A DNA stretch of 64,000 nt from positions 21,119 through 85,118 of the forward strand of contig DAOVZK010000002.1 of the NCBI GenBank assembly GCA_030635145.1. The letters run 5' to 3'. This DNA comes from Planctomycetota bacterium (lineage in GTDB: Bacteria > Planctomycetota > Phycisphaerae > SM23-33). The notes under the pieces are model-generated. The model did not search any database. It saw only the letters and a list, made by a program, of their open reading frames with translations, and had not been told where the DNA came from. Every line of letters begins with the position of its first letter. Position 1 is the first letter of the stretch. The position numbers were made by a program, and so were the translations under genes. Below are positions 1-9,562 of the stretch, piece after piece.

Positions 1-3000
1 TACATGCACCGCGATGTTGAGCGAGCAGGTCTTTCAGTGCGTTTGCAAATTCGTCATCGCTGGCTGGGGGGAATGAAATTTCTAACATGCCGGTGTACAA
101 CTCGACGGCCTGATCGATGGGTACGACCTCGTCTATCTGAATGCTTGCGCGGTCGCGAGAGCGGTCGACGGTGCCGGTAATGAAAACCATTTTTTCGGGC
201 GCGAGTTGGTCGGCGTAGGTTTCGTAGGCGCGGGGGAAGATAACGGCTTCGCATTTTCCGGTGATATCTTCGAGCGTAAGCATCGCCATTTTGCGATTAT
301 CTTTCCGTGTAAACAGCGGGCGTATTTGAACGATCATACATCCGATGCGAACTCGCGAACCTTGCAGATACCTCCCCGGGTTTTGCTCGAAGGCACCGAT
401 GAAAACTCCGTCCGGCCCTGAGAGGCTCGCCATTTCGCGGGCGTATTTTACCAGCGGGTGCGACGAGACGTAAAAACCGAGCGTTTCTTTTTCGGCGGCG
501 AGAAGTTCACTTTCGCTCCACGGTTTGACGTTGGGGAACTGCGGTTTGACTTTCTCTTCGCTGCCGAACCCGCCCCCGCCTCCGAAGAAGCTCATCTGCC
601 CGCTACGACGATTGACCGCCGCCTCTTTACCCAGTGCGATTGCTTTTTCCATCGCGCTGACCATTGCTGCCCGCGACGCGCCAAGTGCGTCGAAGGCACC
701 GCACTTTATCAGTGCTTCAATCGCGCCTTTGTTCACGGCCCGCGGGTCGATGAGTTCGCAGAAGTTGTACAGGTCGGTGAATTTTCCGTGTTCTTCGCGG
801 GCTGCGACGATTGCCTCCACCGCGCTGTGTCCCACACCCTTGACAGCTGACAGCCCGAACCGAACCGCCTCGCCATCGACGGCAAACGCATCTCCGCAGG
901 TGTTGATGTCGGGTGGGAGGATTTTGATTTTCATGCGCCCGGCTTCGGACATGTATTGAACGACTTTGTCCGTGTCGCCGCATTCAAACGTAAGCGTAGC
1001 TGCGAGGAATTCTCGCGGGTAGTGCGTTTTGAAGTAGGCTGTCTGGTAAGCGACGATGGCGTATCGCGTGGAGTGCGACTTGTTGAAACCATAACCGGCG
1101 AACTTGAGGATCAGCTCGAAAAGATCTTCCGCCACTTTTTCGGTGATGCCGTTTTCGACCGCACCCTTGATAAAGTCAGGCCGGGCCGCGTCAATAACCT
1201 TGAGCTTCTTTTTCGAGATCGCCTTCTGCAGCGTAAGCGCGTGGTTGAGCGTCATCTTGCCCAGACGGTTCATCACGAGCATGACCTGTTCCTGGTACGC
1301 CATAATCCCGTAAGTTTCGGCGAGAATGTCATCCACAATCGGATGCAGCGAGGGAACCTGCTCCTTGCCGTTTTTGCGGCTGCAATATGCGGGAATCAGA
1401 TCCATCGGGCCGGGGCGATAGAGCGCATTGGCGGCGATAAGGTCGTTGATTTCCGTCGGCTGCATCTGGCGCAAAATCCCCTGCATACCTTCGGATTCAA
1501 ACTGGAACACGCCCGCGGTATTCCCGTGGCGGAACAGCTCGAAAACGTCGGGGTCGTCGAGTGGAATTTTTTCGGGGTCGACGTCCTTCCCAATTCGCTG
1601 CTTCACCAGCACGCGTGCCCGCTGGATAATCGTCAGCGTTCGCAGCCCGAGGAAGTCCATCTTCATAAGCCCGGCGGCTTCGCTGGTGGGCCCATCCCAT
1701 TGGGTAATCGCATCTTCGCTGTCGCTTTGTTTGTACAGCGGAACGATGTCTTCGAGTTTGCAGTCGGCGACGATGACTCCGGCGGCGTGGACACCGGCGT
1801 GGCGGGCGAGGCCTTCGAGTTTTTTCCCGTGCTCCATCATGAGCTTAATCTGCGGGTCAGACTCAATGAGTTTTTGCAGTTCGGGTTCGAGCTTGATGGC
1901 CTCTTCCAGCGAGTCGGATGTCACGAGCTTACAAATCTTGTCGACTTCCGGCAGCGGAATATCGAGAACGCGGCCGACGTCACGAATGACGGCCTTGGCC
2001 TTGAGCGTTCCGTAAGTGATGATCTGCGCGACGTGCCCGTATTTTTCGCGAACGTATTGGATGACCTTGGCTCGGCCTTCCTGGCAGATGTCGATGTCAA
2101 GGTCGGGCGCCTCGTCGCGTTCGGGGTCGGTGAATCGCTCGAACAGCAGCCCGTACTTCAGCGGGTCGACCTCGGCAATTCGCAGGGCGTATCCCAGCAG
2201 CGTGCCCACCCCGCTACCACGCGGTGCCGACGGAATATCGTTCTTCCGCGCGTACTCCACAAAATCGTTCACGATGAGAAAATAGCTGCTGTAGCGTTTG
2301 TCGGCGATGACCTTTAGCTCGTGGTTCAGGCGGTCGACGTATTCCTGCGGCGGGTCGGCGTCGTCGAAACGCTCGCGCAGGCCTTGCTCGGCAAGTGTGC
2401 GGAGAAAATCGTCGTCAGTCTGCCCCTTGGGAACAGGGAACACCGGGAGATACTGCTTGGTGAAATCCAGCTCGACGTTGCACATTTCCGCGATTTTGAG
2501 TGTGTTGTCGGCGGCACCGGGAAATTCGGAAAGCGCATCGCGCATTTCGGCAGCAGGCCGCAGGTAGAGACTTTCGGGATAATGCATCGCCCCGCCGTCG
2601 GCAAGGATTTTGCCCGTAGATATGCATGTAAGCACCTCGTGCGACGGTTTGTCGTCGGCCCGCAGAAAGTGCACGTCGTTCGTCCCGACAATACCCACGC
2701 CGAGGTCGTTGGCGATTTTCACGAGGTCGGGATTCGTGCGGGTCTGCTCGTCCATGCCGGCGTTTTGGATTTCGACGAAGAATCTATCCTTCCCGAAAAT
2801 GTCGCAGTATTCGCCCGCGATTTTCAGGGCCTTGTCGTAGTTGTTCCCCAGGAGGGCCGCGGGAATTTCGCCCCCGAGGCAGGCGGTGGTGCAGATGATC
2901 CCTTCGTGCAGCTCTGCGAGCAGTTCGCGGTCGATTCGCGGTTTATAGTAGAACCCTTCCATGTAGGAACGGCTGGAAAGACGCTTGAGATTCACCCAGC

Positions 3001-3297
3001 CGGTTTCGTTCATCGCCAGCAACACCATATGATAGCTCGCCGTCCGCTGATTATTCATCGACTTATCGAAACGAGTCGTCGGAGAGATGTAGGCCTCTAA
3101 TCCGAGGATGGGTTTGATTCCGGCGCGCTTGGCGGTATTATAAAAATCGACTGCCCCGAACAAGTTCCCATGATCCGTCAGCGCAAGAGACTTCATGCCG
3201 AGATCGGCAGCGGTTTTAACCAACCCTCCGATGCTGGCGGCTCCGTCCAGCAGCGAATAGTGCGAGTGCACGTGAAGATGTACAAAGTCGTCCATGA
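1..3297 (-). CDS. dnaE: DNA polymerase III alpha subunit (DnaE). The N-terminal PHP domain starts at 3297 and the C-terminus runs off the window edge.
   Basis: Reverse-strand translation from 3297 reads MDDFVHLHVHSHYSLLDGAASIGGLV...GTNDVHFL...FNKSHSTRYAIVAYQTAYFKTHYP, the PHP and polymerase core motifs of DnaE. The frame is open through position 1. The plus-strand ORFs listed in this interval are antisense artefacts. Confidence 0.9.
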
Positions 3298-3347
3298 ATG
3301 CGTCCTTACTCCGTGAATACGAAGCATCAATATACCATCTACTCATG

Positions 3348-3559
3348 TAAGCGTTCACACTCTTTTTCCTGTCAATCAAACTATTTTTTGACAGGATTAC
3401 AGGATTAACTATGAATTATTAAAAAGAAAACCAGAATAAAAGCGACTAGCTACAAACGACCTCGCAAAGAATACAAATTTCTATGTAAATTAATCCTGAT
3501 TAACAGGATTTTTAAGCCTATATTCCATCCTGTTATCCTGTCTAAAATTCTGTGAATGG
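3348..3559. repeat. AT-rich intergenic repeat element, copy A of a four-copy family
   Basis: GC ~30% against ~57% in the flanks. It shares its ends with copies at 7630, 9344 and 61946. The left end is aagcGTTCACactctttttCCTGTCAATC...tttttTTGACAGGATtACAGGATtaacta and the right end is AATCCTGATTAACAGGATttttaagcctatattccATCCTGTTATCCTGTCtaaaattctGTGAATgg. The GTTCAC/GTGAAT termini are inverted. Confidence 0.75.
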
Positions 3560-3614
3560 CTATCTACCCGTGAATCTCCCAAGCATCCAATTTAAAAAAT
3601 CTACAATTCCCGGT

Positions 3615-3835
3615 GGGTCGTAGCACTGGTGGTATTGTTGTCAGAAGCTGGGTGCCGTGGTTGCGGAGTTTGCAACCACGTTTAACCCTACCACTGGAAT
3701 CCAGGGGATGTAGAAACGACACGGAAAATCCTCTGGATCCCCGATCGGGGTCGGGGATGACACAGAGGCTGACGCCTATTGCCAAGTGCCTACATTTAGC
3801 CTCCGGTGCTACCGGTGCCTCCCTCGCAGAGGGTC
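3615..3835. repeat. REP-like palindromic element cluster (copy 1), containing the perfect hairpin CCGTGGTTGC-ggagttt-GCAACCACG
   Basis: The 42-bp block ctgggtgccgtggttgcggagtttgcaaccacgtttaac recurs at 52748-52790 with one substitution. The boxes GGGTCGTAGCAC and CCGGTGCTACCGG are shared with 52548-52672, partly in inverted orientation. Several further GC-rich hairpins (ccctcgcagaggg, ccccgatcgggg) are present. Confidence 0.4.
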
Positions 3836-4021
3836 GCATGAATACTTTGTTTGATAAACAGGCAAAAGGGCATGAATATTTAGATTTTTTATTCTACCTT
3901 CGTAATACCACGGGCGTAAGCCCGTAGTTATTTACTTTCTTAAAAAAGTGTTGTCTGGTATGCTCTGAACCGCAGTTATCGGAGGCTGTTAGAAGCCTCC
4001 ACGATTCTTCAGGAGATTTAC

Positions 4022-5284
4022 ATGACCGCACTAAACAGTATCGAATCCGTCCGCAACGCCGCCGTCAAGGCCGTCGCCGAAACCACCATCACCGACCTGC
4101 ACACGCATATTTTCCCGCCGTCTCACGAAAACCTGCTGCTGTGGGATATCAACGAGCTGCTGACGTACCACTATCTGGTGGCCGAGCTGTTTACCATGGC
4201 CCCCGCCGAAATTACGTATCAGGCGTTCTGGAAAATGTCGAAAACCCAGCAGGCCGACCTGGTTTGGGAAAACGTGTTCCTGAAGCACGGCCCGCTCTCG
4301 GAAGCCTGTCGCGGAGTGATGACGGTTATCAGCAAGCTTGGGCTGCAGGATGAGCTGGCCAAACGCGACCTCGGGGCCATCCGCAAATGGTTCGCCGCGC
4401 AGAAGGTCGAAGATTACGTCCAGAAGGTGTTCGATATCGCCGGGCTGGACTACGCGATTATGACAAACGATCCGTTCGTACCGCTTGAAGCTACGCAGTG
4501 GACCGAGGACAAACCCGGGCATCCGCTGATGAAGACGGCACTTCGCATCGACAAGCTGATAGTCAACTGGCCGCACGCCGTGGAGATAATGCGGTCGTAC
4601 GGGTACGACGTTCAGGTGCTCGACGATAGCAGCTATTCCGAGGCGAGGCGGTTTTTGAAGCATTGGGCCGAAAAGCTCAAGCCCGAATACATGGCTGCCT
4701 CGTTGCCGCCCGATTTTGAGTATCCCAAAGACGACGCCATGGGCCGAGCGATGCAAAACATCGTCTTACCAGTGGCCGAGGAGCTGAACCTTCCGCTGGC
4801 GATGATGATCGGTGTGCGAAATCGCGCTACGGTCAACCCCGCACTGGGTGATGCCGGTGACGCCGTCGGCGTGGCAAACGTCGAAGCTGTGCAAAACCTC
4901 TGCCGCGAGAATCCCAACATCAAATTCCTCGTGACGATGCTGTCACGCGTAAATCAGCACGAGCTGACCGTGCTTGGGCGAAAGTTCCGCAACCTGCATC
5001 TGTTTGGATGCTGGTGGTACTGCAACAATCCGAGCATTATCGACGAAATGACGCGGCAGCGATTCGAGCTGCTCGGCACCGCGTTTACGGCGAATCATTC
5101 CGACGCCCGCGTGCTGGACCAACTGATCTACAAGTGGACGCACACGCGAAAAATCGTCGGTGGCGTACTGGCCGACAAATACGCCGACCAATTTATCGCC
5201 GGATGGCGAGTCACCGAAGACGAAATCAAGCGCGACGCCCGCCACATCCTCGGCGGATCGTTCGAAGCATTTATGAAAAAATAA
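4022..5284 (+). CDS. uxaC: glucuronate isomerase-like amidohydrolase (UxaC family)
   Basis: The N-terminal DLHTHIFPP resembles the DYHCHLPP metal motif of UxaC. The C-terminal FGCWWYCNNPSIIDEMTRQRFELLGT...ANHSDAR parallels UxaC GSGWWFNDQKDGM...MLTDSRS. An AGGAGA RBS sits 6 nt upstream of the ATG. Confidence 0.55.
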   Translation: MTALNSIESVRNAAVKAVAETTITDLHTHIFPPSHENLLLWDINELLTYHYLVAELFTMAPAEITYQAFWKMSKTQQADLVWENVFLKHGPLSEACRGVMTVISKLGLQDELAKRDLGAIRKWFAAQKVEDYVQKVFDIAGLDYAIMTNDPFVPLEATQWTEDKPGHPLMKTALRIDKLIVNWPHAVEIMRSYGYDVQVLDDSSYSEARRFLKHWAEKLKPEYMAASLPPDFEYPKDDAMGRAMQNIVLPVAEELNLPLAMMIGVRNRATVNPALGDAGDAVGVANVEAVQNLCRENPNIKFLVTMLSRVNQHELTVLGRKFRNLHLFGCWWYCNNPSIIDEMTRQRFELLGTAFTANHSDARVLDQLIYKWTHTRKIVGGVLADKYADQFIAGWRVTEDEIKRDARHILGGSFEAFMKK

Positions 5285-5327
5285 TCTCGCTGTAAATAAA
5301 TCCAACGGCGCAAAAGGCGCAAAAAAA

Positions 5328-5358
5328 TACCCCGGTCGGCAAAACCCGGGGTATTTTT
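5328..5358. terminator. bidirectional rho-independent terminator between convergent genes
   Basis: The hairpin TACCCCGGtcggcaaaaCCCGGGGTA is flanked by an A-run on the left and TTTTTATTTTAT on the right. It can terminate uxaC-like (+) and the lipoprotein gene (-). Confidence 0.6.
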
Positions 5359-5370
5359 ATTTTATATCCT

Positions 5371-6102
5371 CTACCACTTGTAGAAAGTCACAACGCCGCG
5401 TTTGGAAACGTAAACGGCGAAGTGGTTTTTCCATGATCGCCGTCGCGGATTTTCGCGTTCAAACAGAATCCAGTAGTTCCCGTCGATTTTCTTGTCTTTG
5501 ATTTTATACTCACCCAGTTTGGCACCGTGGCGGCGGGCGAGTTTCTCGGCGAACCTGTAGGCCTCTTTCTTTTTAACCTTATCTTTCTCCATTTTTCGGC
5601 CGAAATCGCGCCGGTCCCCGTCCATGTACGTCGTAACGTGGGTTTTACCTCGCGGCCCGCGGGCTACGCGAATGGCGAAAAAGTCACGGCGGCGATCGCG
5701 GTTTTTATGCTTGTCACGCCGATGCGTAAACAGCATCCAATACACACCGTCGATTTCCTTGTCCTTGATCTTGAAATGGTCGACCTCCATCCCACGAGCT
5801 TCGACAAGTTCTTCGGCAATGTCGCGGGCCTCGTCTTTTTTCAGCTTCTTGTGTTTGCGGCGGCGATGCCTTCTGTCGTCGTCATCGTCGTCATCCCGGT
5901 CGCGGTCGTGGTCGCGATCTTCCCATCGATCGTCATCGTCGTCATAGCGAACATAACGATCATCATCGTCGTAGTAGTCGGGGATGTCGACGTTGCCCTG
6001 CACGCAGCCGACAGCTGAAATCACGACCCCAGCAGAAAGAAGAACTAAAACCACCCACGCCTTCGAAAACTTCGGAAATTTCGGTAAAAAACGTTCCGCC
6101 AT
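5371..6102 (-). CDS. lipoprotein with an Asp/Arg-rich low-complexity region and two tandem ~70-aa PepSY-like repeats
   Basis: Signal peptide plus lipobox (LLSAGVVISAVGC). A D-rich tract (DDDDRYVRYDDDDDRWEDRDHDRDRDDDDDDD) follows. The duplicated module is ...HFKIKDKEIDGVYWMLF... and ...EYKIKDKKIDGNYWILF... Confidence 0.7.
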   Translation of the reverse strand: MAERFLPKFPKFSKAWVVLVLLSAGVVISAVGCVQGNVDIPDYYDDDDRYVRYDDDDDRWEDRDHDRDRDDDDDDDRRHRRRKHKKLKKDEARDIAEELVEARGMEVDHFKIKDKEIDGVYWMLFTHRRDKHKNRDRRRDFFAIRVARGPRGKTHVTTYMDGDRRDFGRKMEKDKVKKKEAYRFAEKLARRHGAKLGEYKIKDKKIDGNYWILFERENPRRRSWKNHFAVYVSKRGVVTFYKW

Positions 6103-6260
6103 GATATGTCTCCCAAATTAGCGTTGATAACATCAAACAATTATCGCGACACCCTACGCCCCAGCTGACTCACCGCAGGCGACCCGTCAAACTATGTGCC
6201 TTTATTCTATCCCCGCCAACCCTGTCCATCAAACGAGAATGAAAAAATTCAACCCCGCGA

Positions 6261-7589
6261 TTAATACGCCCTTAGTATTTTGGCACCTGGGTAGTAGAAT
6301 TCGAGAATTTTCTCAGCGGACTGGCCGCTCTTGGCACGGTCCTCGGCGCCCCATTGGCTCATCCCGACACCATGCCCGTAACCGGTACCGGCGTAGAATT
6401 CGATAGCGTCGCCGATGTCGCGAATTTGGCAGTTCATAGAGTAGAGTTTCTTGGCGGCCTCGACTTTACTCCGCAGCATGCACAGGCGAAGATTCTCGGC
6501 ACGGACTTTTACGCTTTTTCCGTCGCGATTGACGACGTCAAAAAATATCGGGCGGCCGTAATCGGTCTTAGACTGAACCCGCAGCGTTTTCATATTCCCG
6601 AGCTTGCGGATACTCGAATACTGTTTTGCCAGCGCGTTATAGATGTCGGTTTTCCGCAGCCGAACCGGATGCCACGAATATCTCGGGGAATCCTTACCCA
6701 TTCCGTCATGCTGTCCGCCCTGCAGCGGCGGCCATTCGACATCCACACCGTCGCGAATGACATACGCCCCGTTAACATACCCGCCATTGCTCGCGGAAAA
6801 TTGCGACAGGAAGATTCGCTCTTCGCCTTCAGGGCCATACGCTAAGACCCATCCGTGCGTTTTGCGGACGGCGTCCCAGGCTTTGTCGGTTTCGTAGAGC
6901 ATACCCTGATAGACCTGCGATATCTGCGTGGCCCAAACGTCGAACGAGCTTTTCTTCCCGCGGGTGACCATCTCGTAAAGGGCATACGTGCGGGCAGCGA
7001 CGGCCTGGGCGCGGTAGGTCTCGGGATGGAAATACGCGTACAACTCTTTGGGAACGACCCCGGCGACGTAGCTTTCGAAGTTGACATTGTTGTGCACGTA
7101 AAAGTTGTTGTCCTTGGCGGGTATCAGTACGAGCTTACCGCGATACAACCGCTTGTCGAACCCCACGAGTCCGTTGTTTTTGTCGGTGGGTTCAATCGTG
7201 AGCGTTTTACCCGGTATCTTGTCGTCGCCGAGAATCCACAATCCGTTTTTACGACGCACGGTCGTCTTGGGCATTTTCTGATCGTTGCTGCCAACTTTGT
7301 TTCCGTCGACGAAAATCTTGTACGGCGACGACGTAGAAATCACCGCCTTGGACACCGAACTACTCGTCAGACGAACGCGAATTGTGGGCACACCCTGAAA
7401 GCACAGCGGTTGATGCTTTTCGTTGCGCAAGTTCGTCTTGTTGTCACCACAGCTGGAAAGTATCAGCGACGCTGCCCCGCACGCAACGAGCATCATCAGT
7501 ATCGGAATCAACGGAGCGTAACGATTAACCGTAGCTCGCCAGTTTATTTTCATGTTCGCATCTCGAACGATTTGTATGCCATATTTCAT
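6261..7589 (-). CDS. SpoIID/LytB domain protein (amidase enhancer family), probable lipoprotein
   Basis: AARTYAL, SQFSASNGG and GYGHGVGMSQWGA motifs with an N-terminal signal and a LILSSC lipobox. GGAGA RBS upstream. An alternative start at the internal Met (7553) is possible. Confidence 0.85.
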   Translation of the reverse strand: MKYGIQIVRDANMKINWRATVNRYAPLIPILMMLVACGAASLILSSCGDNKTNLRNEKHQPLCFQGVPTIRVRLTSSSVSKAVISTSSPYKIFVDGNKVGSNDQKMPKTTVRRKNGLWILGDDKIPGKTLTIEPTDKNNGLVGFDKRLYRGKLVLIPAKDNNFYVHNNVNFESYVAGVVPKELYAYFHPETYRAQAVAARTYALYEMVTRGKKSSFDVWATQISQVYQGMLYETDKAWDAVRKTHGWVLAYGPEGEERIFLSQFSASNGGYVNGAYVIRDGVDVEWPPLQGGQHDGMGKDSPRYSWHPVRLRKTDIYNALAKQYSSIRKLGNMKTLRVQSKTDYGRPIFFDVVNRDGKSVKVRAENLRLCMLRSKVEAAKKLYSMNCQIRDIGDAIEFYAGTGYGHGVGMSQWGAEDRAKSGQSAEKILEFYYPGAKILRAY

Positions 7590-7629
7590 AACGTCTCCGC
7601 CGTTTCAAAAATTTTCAGTTCCGTCTGAA

Positions 7630-7880
7630 AATCCTTTTCCTGTCAATCACACTAATTTTTTTGACAGGATTACAGGATAGTTGTTTATTTTAAGTTTTCA
7701 GTTATCAGCAAACAGGCTTCAGAAAGAGAAGATTAATCACCGTAAGAGATCGCAAAGAACGCGAAAGAAAAACATCTTTCTTTGTGGTCTATGTGTTCCT
7801 TGTGGTGAATCTTCTTTTTATATTGGATTAACATGATTTATTTTTGATCCTGTTATCCTGTCTCGAAATTCATCTGAATC
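7630..7880. repeat. AT-rich intergenic repeat element, copy B (most divergent)
   Basis: ttttCCTGTCAATCacactaattttttTTGACAGGATTACAGGATag...GATCCTGTTATCCTGTCtcgaaattcatctgaatc. It shares the internal tcgcaaagaa block with copy A and has the same orientation as the other copies. Confidence 0.65.
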
Positions 7881-7959
7881 AGTCTATCAAGAATTCAACC
7901 TCACGCCAAATTATTATCGGCATGATTGTGTCGCCCGCCGCAGCATAGTTGAGGAGCGC

Positions 7960-7991
7960 AAAAAAAACCCCGCAATCTTGCGATCACGGGG
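7960..7991 (-). terminator. rho-independent terminator (minus strand)
   Basis: The minus strand reads CCCCGtgatcgcaagattgCGGGG followed by TTTTTTTT. Confidence 0.55.
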
Positions 7992-7997
7992 CGGCGC

Positions 7998-8050
7998 TTG
8001 GCAAGCAAGAGATCGGGGAATCGAACCCCAACTGGGTCACCACGCTCTCC
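7998..8050 (-). other. tRNA-like 3'-half fragment (T-arm plus acceptor-like 3' strand), not a complete tRNA
   Basis: The minus strand reads GGAGAGCGTGGTGACCCAGT-TGGGG-TTCGATT-CCCCG-ATCTCTTGCTTGCCA. The T-arm is canonical but no D-arm or anticodon arm and no matching 5' acceptor strand can be found. Confidence 0.3.
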
Positions 8051-8168
8051 TGCGATTGCTGTATCTACAAATGTCATTGTAGCAGAGATTGCTTAGGTGT
8101 GGAGAGGAAAATCTAAAAAAATCAGGGATTTCCCTACTCGGCCTAATCATCGATTTTGACACACAAAC

Positions 8169-8201
8169 AAAAAAAAGCCCCAAAAACGTCGTTTAAGGGG
8201 C
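8169..8201 (-). terminator. rho-independent terminator downstream of tRNA-Gln (palindromic, could act bidirectionally)
   Basis: GCCCCaaaaacgtcgtttaaGGGGC hairpin flanked by an A8 run on one side and T5 on the other. Confidence 0.55.
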
Positions 8202-8208
8202 TTTTTCA

Positions 8209-8279
8209 CAGGGGATCAGGGATTTGAACCCCGACTAAGTGGTCCAGAACCACTCGTGCTACCATTACACTAATCCCCC
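8209..8279 (-). tRNA. tRNA-Gln (anticodon CUG)
   Basis: Hand-folded cloverleaf: acceptor GGGGGAT/ATCCCCT, D-arm GTGT-AATGGTA-GCAC, anticodon arm AGTGG-TTCTGGA-CCACT (U33, CUG, G37), T-arm CGGGG-TTCAAAT-CCCTG, discriminator G. CCA is not encoded. Confidence 0.85.
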
Positions 8280-8363
8280 GAATGGGGAATGCGGCAAATG
8301 TCACCGCTTCTGGAATTCCTACTGCAAATTTATCTGGTGCAAAAAATGTCAACCAAACAAAAC

Positions 8364-8449
8364 TGCCCGGGACTGGAGTCGAACCAGCACTTGGTATTAA
8401 CCAAACTAGGCCCTCAACCTAGCGCGTCTGCCTATTCCGCCACCCGGGC
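8364..8449 (-). tRNA. tRNA-Leu (anticodon GAG), long variable arm
   Basis: Acceptor GCCCGGG/CCCGGGC, 3-bp D-stem GCG-GAATAGGCAGA-CGC, anticodon arm CTAGG-TTGAGGG-CCTAG, variable arm TTGGTtaatACCAA, T-arm GCTGG-TTCGACT-CCAGT, discriminator A. Confidence 0.85.
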
Positions 8450-8663
8450 TTTTTCACCAGTTTCCGGCAAATCTCCATCGAAAAATCCATTACCGAAAAT
8501 TACCGAAAACAAGGACGGATAACATAGTCGCGAACCTCCAGAATGTCAAGAGCGAGCTGAAATTCTTGCTCAGGTATTTTTTATGCCCATGTTTGGGAAA
8601 CCAATGCATGAAAACCACCAGTGAGCTATTGCCCCGAGCCAAAAACGCCGGTATAAGAAGCAT

Positions 8664-9347
8664 ATGCTGAAACTATTCGTCAAAATTTGCGGTATCACCC
8701 AGCCAAAACAAGCCCAGCAAATCGCTGCACTCGGTGCCGATGCCATCGGGCTTGTATTCGCCAAATCTCCGCGCCAAATCACACCAGTGATGGCACGCGA
8801 AATTGTGGTGAGCTTACCCGACGAGTTTCCAACTGTGGGCGTGTTCGTAAATTCCTCCGCCGATGAGATCAACCCCATTGTCTCGCAAACCGGAATCAAA
8901 TACGTACAGCTACACGGAAACGAACCGGCATCGATTCTCGCCGACATCGACGCGCCCTGCATAAAGGTCTTTACTATGCGCGGGGAAGATTGGCTCACCG
9001 AGATCCGCGAATTCCTCGACACCGTCGACGGGAATGATGAAAAAAAATCCGATAACCTCGCAGCTATCCTTATCGACACGTATAATCCGAAGCTCGCCGG
9101 TGGGACGGGTGAATGTTTCGACTGGACTACCGTCGCCGCAGCACGCGATAACGGCGAGATGGACTTGATGCCCCCACTGCTGATGGCTGGTGGGTTGAAA
9201 TCCGAAAACGTCATCGAAGCCGTCAATCTCGTCAAGCCCTGGGGCGTCGATGCCTCCAGCGCTTTGGAAATCGAACCCGGGGTTAAGGACATGGACAAAG
9301 TCGAGGCGTTTATCGGCGAAGTTCGCCAAAACTGCGATAAATGTTAG
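8664..9347 (+). CDS. trpF: phosphoribosylanthranilate isomerase
   Basis: KICGIT...VQLHGNE...GGTGECFDW...PLLMAGGLKSENV matches TrpF signature segments. Confidence 0.85.
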   Translation: MLKLFVKICGITQPKQAQQIAALGADAIGLVFAKSPRQITPVMAREIVVSLPDEFPTVGVFVNSSADEINPIVSQTGIKYVQLHGNEPASILADIDAPCIKVFTMRGEDWLTEIREFLDTVDGNDEKKSDNLAAILIDTYNPKLAGGTGECFDWTTVAAARDNGEMDLMPPLLMAGGLKSENVIEAVNLVKPWGVDASSALEIEPGVKDMDKVEAFIGEVRQNCDKC

Positions 9348-9562
9348 CTGTTCACAATTTTTCCTGTCAATCTGCTAAAACATTTTTTTTGACAGGATCA
9401 CAGGATTAACTACAAATTATGGAGAAGAAAAAAAACGTTAACCCCATGGTATCGGGACTAATACTACCACAGGTACAAACATGCCGTCCTGAATTTTGAT
9501 CGACAGGATTTTTTAGCCCTATATCTTATCCTGTCATCCTGTCACAAATTTTGCATGAACGG
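9344..9562. repeat. AT-rich intergenic repeat element, copy C
   Basis: ctGTTCACaatttttCCTGTCAATCtgctaaaacatttttttTTGACAGGATCACAGGATTAACTAcaaat...cgACAGGATttttTagccctatatcttATCCTGTCATCCTGTCacaaattttgcatgaacgg. It starts 3 bp before the trpF stop codon and ends ~100 bp before the next start codon. Confidence 0.7.

Noticed and set aside
206-3100. Multiple plus-strand ORFs (206..421, 458..850, 956..2317, 2321..3100, etc.) over the first 3.3 kb
   Set aside because: They are antisense to an uninterrupted, motif-rich DnaE reading frame on the minus strand. They have no RBS or start logic and proline/arginine-rich translations typical of GC-rich antisense frames.
3610-3835. Known structured RNA (RNase P RNA, cobalamin riboswitch, SRP RNA, 6S) in the uxaC leader
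   Set aside because: None of the defining sequence boxes recalled from memory (RNase P P4 AGGAAAGUCCGGGCUC, B12 box GCCACUG, SRP domain IV GGAA bulges) are present. A REP-like repeat explains the recurrence at 52.7 kb better.
3564-3927. ORFs 3564..3839 (-) and 3613..3927 (+) in the dnaE/uxaC intergenic region
   Set aside because: They cover the REP-like hairpin cluster. Their shared peptide segment (…RNHGTQ…) with ORF 52633..53082 is just the translation of the shared 42-bp DNA repeat.
7990-8110. A third complete tRNA, or a tmRNA (ssrA) 3' end, next to tRNA-Gln
   Set aside because: Only a T-arm plus acceptor-like 3' strand can be folded. No D-arm, anticodon arm or matching 5' acceptor strand exists. 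The tRNA-Gln gene 160 bp away leaves insufficient space for a ~350-nt tmRNA, and no GGGG 5' end or tag reading frame is present.
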